Shown in pieces: positions 19,492 through 27,391 of a stretch of 64,000 nucleotides of DNA (the stretch's first letter is position 1; each line of letters begins with the position of its first letter). The notes beneath the pieces were generated by a model. That model made no database searches. It had not been told where the DNA came from and was given only the letters and a program-made list of their open reading frames with translations. This DNA is from a virus, in IMG/VR virus record IMGVR_UViG_3300031840_000582, positions 2,858 to 66,857 of that record; one strand, 5' to 3'. The position numbers and the translations under genes were made by a program.

Positions 19492-20769
19492 ATGAGAATT
19501 ATACTAGAGAACTGGAATGAGTTTATTAATGAAGCCAACAAGGAATCAGAAGCCCAGCGCGCCGTCAACAATTTAAAACTAGAGCCTAAGCAAGCTGAAG
19601 CAGCTCTTGCCATGTTGCAGGGCGAAAAGTCTCAACTTGAAGAAGGGGTGATGGATTCAATTAATAGTCTAGTTAAAAGATATGGCAAGCGAGCGATTAT
19701 GGCCGCTCTTGCAGCGTCACTTTCTGCTGGTGCTGTCCTTCCTAAAGATGCCTACGCTTCTGGTGGCGAGTATAATGTTGATACTGATGCGGATGCTGCT
19801 GCTCAAGTAATGGACACTGGGTCAGAGCAGGCCGTGGACGCAGCCGCTGCTCTTGGTTTTGTTAGCACATATGTAGACCTCAAAATCGAAAAAGGAGCAG
19901 ACCGAGTGGATACGAACCTTAAGTTTGCCCCTATCATGGATGCTTTGGCAAAAGCAAAAGGCGGCGATATGTCTGCTTATAAATCTCTTAGTAGCAAAAA
20001 CAAGTCAATGTATGATTTCTTTATGGGTAAAGTAAAAGACATGAAAACAAAAGATGCAAAAGCCTATGATGGATATTCAGCTTTGGGAGCTGGAACAAAA
20101 GTATCACAGAAGGGATTACAGGAGAACACTGCAATGAGACTTACAAAGAAACAGTTAAAACAAATTATTAAAGAAGAGCTTCAAAAAGCTATGAATGAAG
20201 TATCAGAAAAAGAAGTTGTGAAGATGGCCCAGAAGATGGCTCCTAATGCTCCTAGTACGCCTGTTAAGGAAAAAGGACAGGAGGCAATTTCATTGCTCTT
20301 ACAAGATCCAAAGATCCGAAATATTGTTGGTGGCATAGTCGCAGACATAGCAAATAGCGGAGACTCAGAAAATGTCATGTCTGAGGACAAGGAAGGTGGT
20401 AGTGCAGCAGCAAGCCTTCTCTCTCTAGGGACGTTTGGCGCGCCTATGTTATATATGGCCATGGGCTCTCCCGGCTATACTGCTCTTCTAAACTATCTGG
20501 GTGGCGATGCCTTGGCAGCAAACCTTTCTGTTCAGCTTGGCATACCCCTCGCAGCGCTAGCTACTGCGTTAATCGCTGGCATGGGCGCTGCGGCATACAA
20601 AGATATTATGGATCCTAATGTTGACACAATTGTGGGACCATACAACGCAGAAGATTTCTCTGATTTGAAGATACCATACAAGCCTGATGGATCTGCCCCA
20701 ACGCAAGGTATTGGTCGTAACATTTTTGGCGACCCACAGGTACAGCCTCTAAGAACAAGGAAAAAATAA
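19492..20769 (+). CDS. Putative internal head (cargo) protein, apparent fusion of two units
   Basis: Starts MRIILENWNEFINE. Internal in-frame ATG at 20134 with its own SD begins MRLTKKQLKQIIKEEL. Hydrophobic Gly/Ala segments. ACTATTTA at 19448. Confidence 0.5.
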   Translation: MRIILENWNEFINEANKESEAQRAVNNLKLEPKQAEAALAMLQGEKSQLEEGVMDSINSLVKRYGKRAIMAALAASLSAGAVLPKDAYASGGEYNVDTDADAAAQVMDTGSEQAVDAAAALGFVSTYVDLKIEKGADRVDTNLKFAPIMDALAKAKGGDMSAYKSLSSKNKSMYDFFMGKVKDMKTKDAKAYDGYSALGAGTKVSQKGLQENTAMRLTKKQLKQIIKEELQKAMNEVSEKEVVKMAQKMAPNAPSTPVKEKGQEAISLLLQDPKIRNIVGGIVADIANSGDSENVMSEDKEGGSAAASLLSLGTFGAPMLYMAMGSPGYTALLNYLGGDALAANLSVQLGIPLAALATALIAGMGAAAYKDIMDPNVDTIVGPYNAEDFSDLKIPYKPDGSAPTQGIGRNIFGDPQVQPLRTRKK

Positions 20770-20770
20770 A

Positions 20771-21472
20771 ATGAGACTTACCAAATCACATCTAAAGCAA
20801 ATTATTAAAGAAGAATCTCAAGCTGTTTTGGCAGAGAGGTGGGAACTACAACGTCAGCGTTCCATCATGCTTGCTGAGTCAAAACGGATTGATAATTTGC
20901 ACGAGATTAGCCTTTCAGATGTAGCCAGTTTTGCTAAGAATGAGCTTCCTCATCTCGCACTAGATGTGGCCGGTCTAATTCCGGGCTTTGGAGAAGGGGC
21001 CGATTTGGCCAATGCTGGCCTATACATTAGCAAGGGCGAATACTTTATGGCAGCTTTGTCTCTTCTATCAATGATCCCAGCGGTGGGAGATGTTGTAGGA
21101 AAGGGCGGAAAGTTCTTGACAAAGTTTGGCGATGACGCTGGAAAGGCGTCAAAGTATTTGGGTGGGTTACTTAAAAAGTACATGCCACAAATTCAAAAGC
21201 TATTGAAGACACTTAAGGACAACCCAGTTGTCGGGCCTCATGTTGACGACATCCTGCGTGCAGTCACAAAATATATTGACGACGCTGCTGAGGTCGGAGC
21301 GAAGGCAGGCAAAGAAACACTTCAAAGACTCCAGCAGGCGATTCAGACCAGACCAGTTAAGCCGATTGAAGGTGGTACTTTGAAGAAATTAGCTGTTCGC
21401 ACAAAGGCAAGAAAAGATCGCGAGAAAGCGGCCTCGGCACTTCAAGGCAGAGAACAGGAGGCAGCAGAGTGA
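20771..21472 (+). CDS. IIKEE-leader protein with a pre-toxin TG-like domain
   Basis: MRLTKSHLKQIIKEE leader. HLALDVAGLIPGFGEGADLANAGLYISKGEYFMAALSLLSMIPAVGD resembles the PT-TG pattern of polymorphic toxins. Confidence 0.6.
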   Translation: MRLTKSHLKQIIKEESQAVLAERWELQRQRSIMLAESKRIDNLHEISLSDVASFAKNELPHLALDVAGLIPGFGEGADLANAGLYISKGEYFMAALSLLSMIPAVGDVVGKGGKFLTKFGDDAGKASKYLGGLLKKYMPQIQKLLKTLKDNPVVGPHVDDILRAVTKYIDDAAEVGAKAGKETLQRLQQAIQTRPVKPIEGGTLKKLAVRTKARKDREKAASALQGREQEAAE

Positions 21473-21744
21473 TTCTTAATGAACAAACACTCAAGCGAAT
21501 CATAAAAGAAGAGCTAGTAACTGTTCAGTTACGGCTGTTACAAGAGAACCCTGCATTGCTAACCAAGTTTGTACCTATGATTCAAAAGCTTGCACCGCAA
21601 ATTCAAGATCTTGGCCCTGCGATTGAACAGTATGGTCCCGTGATGACCCAGCTAATTAGCATGGTTAAGGATCTAGATGATGAGAAGTTACAGCAAGTCA
21701 TGAGCCTTGTGGCAAGTGTAGGCCAATTAGGCAAAGACGACTGA
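21469..21744 (+). CDS. Small IIKEE-leader protein
   Basis: MILNEQTLKRIIKEEL...LLQE. GTG start with SD AGGAGG. Confidence 0.55.
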   Translation: MILNEQTLKRIIKEELVTVQLRLLQENPALLTKFVPMIQKLAPQIQDLGPAIEQYGPVMTQLISMVKDLDDEKLQQVMSLVASVGQLGKDD

Positions 21745-21782
21745 TATACAATATAGTTCAGAATACTAAAGGAATAATAAAG

Positions 21783-22127
21783 ATGCAAATTACCAAAGAA
21801 AGGCTCAAACAAATTATTAGAGAAGAAATGGAAGTCACGCTCACCAATGAAGAGGCTGGTGAACTATTTGGCGAAGAAGTACAGCAACAGCTTGACGAAG
21901 TAGATATGTCTTCCATGGTAGACCCACAGCTCATGGAAATCGTCGCAGGCCTTTTCAAGATGGGCGTGAACATTGGTTTACCCTTAGTAATCGCCGCACT
22001 TTCTCGTATGGGATACGAGGGTATCGCATCAGCTTTGTCACAAGAGCCAATGGCACGCAAGGACAAAAATTTCCTTATGAATTACATCCAGCAAGAACTC
22101 GAAGGATATAAAGAATTCGATAAATAA
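21783..22127 (+). CDS. Small IIKEE-leader protein
   Basis: MQITKERLKQIIREEME...LDE followed by a hydrophobic segment. Confidence 0.55.
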   Translation: MQITKERLKQIIREEMEVTLTNEEAGELFGEEVQQQLDEVDMSSMVDPQLMEIVAGLFKMGVNIGLPLVIAALSRMGYEGIASALSQEPMARKDKNFLMNYIQQELEGYKEFDK

Positions 22128-22130
22128 TCC

Positions 22131-22159
22131 TTGACAGCAGAGCTGCTGCGTGTTATAAT
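22131..22159 (+). promoter_or_regulatory. Consensus sigma70 promoter
   Basis: TTGACA-17 nt-TATAAT with extended TGn, directly before the Mre11-Rad50 gene. Confidence 0.85.
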
Positions 22160-22174
22160 ATATTATAAATTCAA

Positions 22175-25100
22175 GTGGGGGTAAACTTGAAGTTTGCACA
22201 TATCGCGGATACACACATCCGCAATTATAAGTATCATAAAGAATATCGAGCTATCTTCGATCAAATTTATGACCGATTGAAAAAAGAGAAAGTTGACTAC
22301 ATTGTACATTGTGGCGACTTAGCACATACAAAAACACAACTTTCTCCTGAATATTTTGATTTGGCTGCATCGTTCCTGAGTAATCTTGCGGACATTGCGC
22401 CTACCTATATCATTCTTGGAAACCATGATGGCAACCTTAAGAACGAGCACAGGCAGGATGCAATTACGCCTATTGCAAAGGCACTAAACCATCCAAATCT
22501 ACATCTCTTGCGAGACGCAGGCGAGACTGTGCTAAGCGATGACTTAGCATTTAATGTTCTATCTGTGTTCGATGAGGAGAATTGGGTCAAGCCATCCAGC
22601 GACGAACGTATCAATATCGCGCTGTATCACGGTTCTGTATCAGGCGTTAAGACTGACACAGGCTGGGTGATGACACATGGCGACCACCCAATCGAAGTCT
22701 TTGAGGGACATGATTATGTGTTCCTTGGAGATATTCACAAAACGAACCAGATCCTTGATGATGAGGGTCGGGTAAGGTATCCGGGCTCCACTGTTCAACA
22801 GAACTTTGGTGAGACAGATGACAAAGGATTCTTGCTGTGGAACATCCAAAGCAAAGATGACTTTACTTGTGACCACATCGTAATTCCGAATCCCAAGCCT
22901 TTTATAACAATAAATCTAACCCCCACCGGGCGCATGCCCAAAGGCTTATCTGTTAAAAAGGGATCGCGTTTACGACTTGTGTCTAACAATAATTTGTCTC
23001 TTGAAGCGATGCGGAAGGCAGTAGATGTCGCAAAACAACGCTTCAAGCCCGATACCATATCGTTTCTTAACCGCGCCGCTGGGGAGCGTGGCAACGTTGA
23101 AGAAATCACCGATAGTATTCATCAGGATGATATGCGTAACCCGCAGATTCAAGAGGAATTAATTCGTGAGTATCTGGTAGACTACCAAGTTACCGAAAGC
23201 TTGATGAAGAAGGTACTAGACCTAAACTCACTATACATCAAGAAAGCCGAAGAAAGCGAAGAAATTTCTAGAAACATTAAGTGGCGTATTGGTGAGCTAC
23301 AATGGGATAATTTGTTTAACTACGGAGACAGCAATCGAATTGACTTTGCTCGTCTGAACGGAACTGTTGGTATCTTTGGAAAGAATTATTCTGGCAAGTC
23401 CAGTATTATTGATAGCTTATTGTATACAATTTTTAATACAACTTCCAAGAACGAGCGTAAGAACGTAAATATTATCAACCAGAACAAAGAAGATGGTTCA
23501 GGCGAAGTGGTCATCAACATTGGTGATGAACAATATTACATCCGACGAAGCTCGTCTAAATACACAAAGCGACTCAAGGGGGTCGAGACTCTTGAAGCAA
23601 AAACCGATCTTGACTTTTTCAAGATTGATGCGAACGGAGAAAAGGTAAGTTTAAATGGACTCACAAGAAACGACACAGACAGAAACATCAGAAAGGTATT
23701 CGGATCCATTGATGACTTTCTACTCACTAGTTTGTCTAGCCAGTTGGATAGTCTTTCCTTTATTAGGGAAGGCAGCACAAAACGGAAGGAAATCTTGGCA
23801 AAGTTTCTCGACTTGGAGATCTTCGAAAAGAAATTCAAACTAGCAAAAGACGATGCTGCTGATATGAAGGGTGCTCTTCGACGCTTGGAAGGCAGGGAGT
23901 ATGACGCCGAGATCGAAGCAGCAGAGCAAGAGCATGCTCAATGTGAAGAGAACCTAGAAGAACAGCAGTCTGTTTGCGAGACTCTCAGAAACGAAATATC
24001 CAAATTAGTTTCTGGCATTGAAGAAGTAGATCGTATGATCGATTCTATCCCAGCGGAAATGATTGATATCGTAAACGTTAAGGCTGAACTAGTGCGTAAG
24101 CGTTCCTTGTTAGAGAGAACACAGAATAGTCTAAAAAATAACAAGACAAATTTACAAGAGAAAGAAGCACTCGTTGAGAAAATTGAAGAGTTTCTAGACA
24201 ACTATGATATTGAAGACTTAATTAAGAAGCAAAGCGATTCAAGCAATCTCTGGAATCGGATCAATGATTTGCGAGCGGAGCTTGAACGAATTGATAAAAA
24301 GGCCTCGTCCCTAAACGACCCTGAGTTTCTAAGAGGTTGTAAGTGTCTTCGTGAAGCAGAGGACGCACTGGCTAAGAAGCCAGAGGTTCAAGAGAAGATC
24401 GATATATTTACCACTGAGCACCGTGCGATGGACCCGGAGGGTGTAGACAAGAAGGTGGAGCAATATAACTCTTTGGTTGCTAAGAAAGACCAAACTCAGA
24501 GAGATATTACCAACACACAATTGCTAATCGCTCAGAATGAAAATTCTATGAGTAGCCTAATCTCTGATATCGAAGCTTTGGAGGAAAAAGAATCTTCTTA
24601 CGAAGATAACAAAGAAGCGATTGAAAACTTAGAAGCTCTGCTGGCACAGAAGCAAGAGAGTGAGTCTGCTCTACAAGACCGTGAAACAAAGCTACAAGCT
24701 TGTGAAAAAGAGATTGTTACCCATCATCGTCTTGTTGGTTCGTTAGAGCAGAAGGTGCTAAATATCAAAGAACAAAAGCAAGAGTACATTGATCTTCGTG
24801 AGCAGTTTGCGGCATATGATCTATACATGCGCTGTATGCACCCTAATGGTATTGCTTATGATGTCATTAAAAAGAAGCTGCCGGTTATCAATCAAGAGAT
24901 TGCGAAGGTTCTCGCCAACCTCACTACCTTTGAGGTTCTTTTTGAAGAAGAGGGAAATAAGCTAGATATCTTTATCAAGCACCCAAGCCATGACCCTCGA
25001 CCGCTATCAATGGCATCTGGGGCAGAGAAAACAATGGCTGCAATGGCGATTCGTTTGGCTTTCCTAGCCGTATCTAATTTACCAACCAGCGATATCATGG

Positions 25101-25285
25101 TTCTGGACGAGCCGGGTACTGCTTTAGATGAAGAACATTTGCAGTCCTTTACGCAGCTTCTTGACATGATTAAGGCACATTTCAAGACCATTTTGCTAAT
25201 CTCGCACCTTGACTCTTTGAAAGATGTTGTAGATTCAACACTTGACATTTCTAAGAAACAAGGTTATGCTTATATAAATCAGTAA
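22175..25285 (+). CDS. Fused Mre11/SbcD nuclease and Rad50/SbcC ATPase (T4 gp47-gp46-like)
   Basis: Phosphoesterase motifs DTH, GDL, GNHD, GDIH. Walker A GKNYSGKSS, long coiled coil, signature ASGAE, Walker B VLDEP, H-loop ISH. Confidence 0.9.
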   Translation: MGVNLKFAHIADTHIRNYKYHKEYRAIFDQIYDRLKKEKVDYIVHCGDLAHTKTQLSPEYFDLAASFLSNLADIAPTYIILGNHDGNLKNEHRQDAITPIAKALNHPNLHLLRDAGETVLSDDLAFNVLSVFDEENWVKPSSDERINIALYHGSVSGVKTDTGWVMTHGDHPIEVFEGHDYVFLGDIHKTNQILDDEGRVRYPGSTVQQNFGETDDKGFLLWNIQSKDDFTCDHIVIPNPKPFITINLTPTGRMPKGLSVKKGSRLRLVSNNNLSLEAMRKAVDVAKQRFKPDTISFLNRAAGERGNVEEITDSIHQDDMRNPQIQEELIREYLVDYQVTESLMKKVLDLNSLYIKKAEESEEISRNIKWRIGELQWDNLFNYGDSNRIDFARLNGTVGIFGKNYSGKSSIIDSLLYTIFNTTSKNERKNVNIINQNKEDGSGEVVINIGDEQYYIRRSSSKYTKRLKGVETLEAKTDLDFFKIDANGEKVSLNGLTRNDTDRNIRKVFGSIDDFLLTSLSSQLDSLSFIREGSTKRKEILAKFLDLEIFEKKFKLAKDDAADMKGALRRLEGREYDAEIEAAEQEHAQCEENLEEQQSVCETLRNEISKLVSGIEEVDRMIDSIPAEMIDIVNVKAELVRKRSLLERTQNSLKNNKTNLQEKEALVEKIEEFLDNYDIEDLIKKQSDSSNLWNRINDLRAELERIDKKASSLNDPEFLRGCKCLREAEDALAKKPEVQEKIDIFTTEHRAMDPEGVDKKVEQYNSLVAKKDQTQRDITNTQLLIAQNENSMSSLISDIEALEEKESSYEDNKEAIENLEALLAQKQESESALQDRETKLQACEKEIVTHHRLVGSLEQKVLNIKEQKQEYIDLREQFAAYDLYMRCMHPNGIAYDVIKKKLPVINQEIAKVLANLTTFEVLFEEEGNKLDIFIKHPSHDPRPLSMASGAEKTMAAMAIRLAFLAVSNLPTSDIMVLDEPGTALDEEHLQSFTQLLDMIKAHFKTILLISHLDSLKDVVDSTLDISKKQGYAYINQ

Positions 25286-25292
25286 CTATTTA
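25242..25292 (+). promoter_or_regulatory. Sigma70-type promoter followed by the late motif
   Basis: TTGACA (25242)-17-TATGCT (25265), then ACTATTTA at 25285. Confidence 0.55.
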
Positions 25293-25308
25293 TCCTATAG
25301 GAGTCGTA

Positions 25309-25497
25309 ATGACGTCGGAACAATTAAATCAAGCACTACAAGTGCTCGTAAATGCTATCACCATTGCACAAAAGCGAGGCACATACACATTACAGGAATC
25401 AGCAGCAATTTACGCCGCTATCCAGTCATTCAATGAGATGCAGCCAAGCACAACTGATAATGGTACGGTAGAAACAAACGAAGTGGAGGAAACATGA
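25309..25497 (+). CDS. Small hypothetical protein
   Basis: 62 aa with SD AGGAG. Confidence 0.55.
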   Translation: MTSEQLNQALQVLVNAITIAQKRGTYTLQESAAIYAAIQSFNEMQPSTTDNGTVETNEVEET

Positions 25498-25685
25498 ACA
25501 TGATTAAAGGAGCAGTTGATAAAACTCTAGAAAAAGTTGTATCACGAAAGCTACTTGTCTGGGCAACTGCAACTGGCCTCGCTGCCAGCGGCTTCTTGAC
25601 CAGCGGAGATTGGGTTACAATCTCAGCCCTTTATCTTGGTGGCCAAGCGGTCATCGATGCTGTTGTTAAGTTAAAAAGCGCATGA
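25494..25685 (+). CDS. Putative holin
   Basis: 63 aa, SRK motif followed by two hydrophobic helices, overlapping the spanin-like gene that follows. Confidence 0.5.
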   Translation: MNMIKGAVDKTLEKVVSRKLLVWATATGLAASGFLTSGDWVTISALYLGGQAVIDAVVKLKSA

Positions 25686-26062
25686 TGAAGGGAACTTTTA
25701 GATTTCTAATCGCCCACTGGAAGGAGGTCGCTCTAGCTTTGCTGCTATTTGCGGTCTCCTTCCTATGGTGGCGTGATCACAAGGGCTTGATCGATGCGTA
25801 TGATGCGTCTGTCGAGAGCTATGAAGTAAGAATTAAGGAACTAAAGCAGAGTCACGAACGCGAGACTGAGCGCAAGGCAGAGGCTCTGGAACAATATAAA
25901 GCCAAGATGGCGGAACTTGAAACAGAGTATTTCGAGTATAAGCAAGCTATCGAAGAGGCAAAGAAAGAGCGCGTGAGGGACTTTGTGACCTTACGACAAG
26001 AAGATCCTAATAAATTGATTGTAGAGATTGAGGCGAAGTTTGGTTTTGAGCACGTTGATTAA
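25682..26062 (+). CDS. Putative inner-membrane spanin-like protein
   Basis: N-terminal TM helix followed by a coiled coil (i-spanin/Rz architecture). Confidence 0.45.
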   Translation: MMKGTFRFLIAHWKEVALALLLFAVSFLWWRDHKGLIDAYDASVESYEVRIKELKQSHERETERKAEALEQYKAKMAELETEYFEYKQAIEEAKKERVRDFVTLRQEDPNKLIVEIEAKFGFEHVD

Positions 26063-26477
26063 AGTATTATTTTTATTTTTCTTGATGATCCCCACGGCTC
26101 ATGGTGGCGAGGGTAAATTTACTCTTGTTCCTAAGGGCGGGGTTGTTCGGTTTGAAGCCACCTGTTTCGACACTGAAGCAACAGCCAAATTGTTAGCTTG
26201 GAAAGAATTTCTATCAGAAGAATACAAAGCTAAATGCGAAATGGAAAAGCAAAAGATTGTTCTAGATTCAGAACTTGTTATACAGAACATGCAAATTACG
26301 TTGGACGAAACACAGGTCCGATATCAGGTAGAGATTGACACTAGAGATCAAGAGATCGAAAAGCTCAGAGAGATAATTAAGAAAAGCAAAAAAATTAATA
26401 TCCCACTAGCTGTAGCGGGAAGTGTTGTTGCAGGTGTCGCCATTGGTTTTGGTGCATATCATATAGCGAGTAGGTGA
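26028..26477 (+). CDS. Secreted coiled-coil protein with a C-terminal TM segment (spanin-like partner); start uncertain
   Basis: Signal-peptide-like N-terminus (LFLFFLMIPTAHG), coiled coil, and hydrophobic C-terminus PLAVAGSVVAGVAIGFGAY. Overlaps the previous gene. Confidence 0.4.
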   Translation: MRRSLVLSTLIKVLFLFFLMIPTAHGGEGKFTLVPKGGVVRFEATCFDTEATAKLLAWKEFLSEEYKAKCEMEKQKIVLDSELVIQNMQITLDETQVRYQVEIDTRDQEIEKLREIIKKSKKINIPLAVAGSVVAGVAIGFGAYHIASR

Positions 26478-26478
26478 A

Positions 26479-26877
26479 ATGAAGAAACACAAAGATCCAA
26501 ATTATATAGCTAAGCTAGAGAAGGCTATCGCAGAAAAGTATGGCCAAGAAGCAATTGCAAACCCAAGAGGCAACTGGAACGACGAAAAAGAGAAAATTTA
26601 TCAAGAACAGATTGAGAAGATAAGGCAAAAAGAAGTATTATTAGATGAATTGGATCAGAAAACAGAAGTTAATGGTGTTTTGATCCCTAAAAAACTACTT
26701 AATAGAGAAAGCCAAAGCAGAACTTGCCCTGTGTGCCATACATATTCTTTTGACTCAAAAGATGATGTGTACATGAAAAAATTTGAATGTTGTCGTAATT
26801 GCTATATTCAATGGGTTGAGGGACGCGAAGAACGCTGGAAAACAGGATGGAGACCAAATAATGGCAACAACACTTGA
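26479..26877 (+). CDS. Hypothetical Zn-binding protein
   Basis: CPVC...CCRNC motif. Confidence 0.55.
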   Translation: MKKHKDPNYIAKLEKAIAEKYGQEAIANPRGNWNDEKEKIYQEQIEKIRQKEVLLDELDQKTEVNGVLIPKKLLNRESQSRTCPVCHTYSFDSKDDVYMKKFECCRNCYIQWVEGREERWKTGWRPNNGNNT

Positions 26878-27391
26878 AATTATCAGAGGCATTTCACAAG
26901 CCGCTGCAAACGCATATGATGGCGCACACGACGAAAAGGGAGAGCCAATCTCCATCGGTCTAAAGCGCGAAGAGGGTGACCCAATAATTGACTCAAGAGT
27001 TATGGATGGGTTCGGTGTCCGTCTACACGGCGACATCCTCAAGATTTCATACCAATCTGAAATTAAACTTCGTGACGTACACGACAAGAGCTTCGAATCT
27101 GACATTGAGCAGACAATTCAAGACATCGCAAATTTTCTCAAGAAAGAGTTTAAAAAGATCACTGGTAACGCACTAACATTAACCCCTCAGGGGGAAGTAA
27201 CAGTGCTGGTTCAAAATACATCGAAGGTCAGAGTCTTTATCCTTGCGAACATGGACTATAAGATTGGAAACCTTGGTGATGTTGACACTGTAGGTGGCGA
27301 GTCTAAAGATAGTGTTGATGCAAAGTTCAAGAGTTTCTTAGATCAGGGAGGGTTGGGCACCAGACCGGATAACGATAAGCGTAAGGAATAA
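26861..27391 (+). CDS. Hypothetical protein upstream of terminase
   Basis: ATG at 26861 with SD GGAG. Stop overlaps the terminase ATG. Confidence 0.55.
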   Translation: MATTLEIIRGISQAAANAYDGAHDEKGEPISIGLKREEGDPIIDSRVMDGFGVRLHGDILKISYQSEIKLRDVHDKSFESDIEQTIQDIANFLKKEFKKITGNALTLTPQGEVTVLVQNTSKVRVFILANMDYKIGNLGDVDTVGGESKDSVDAKFKSFLDQGGLGTRPDNDKRKE

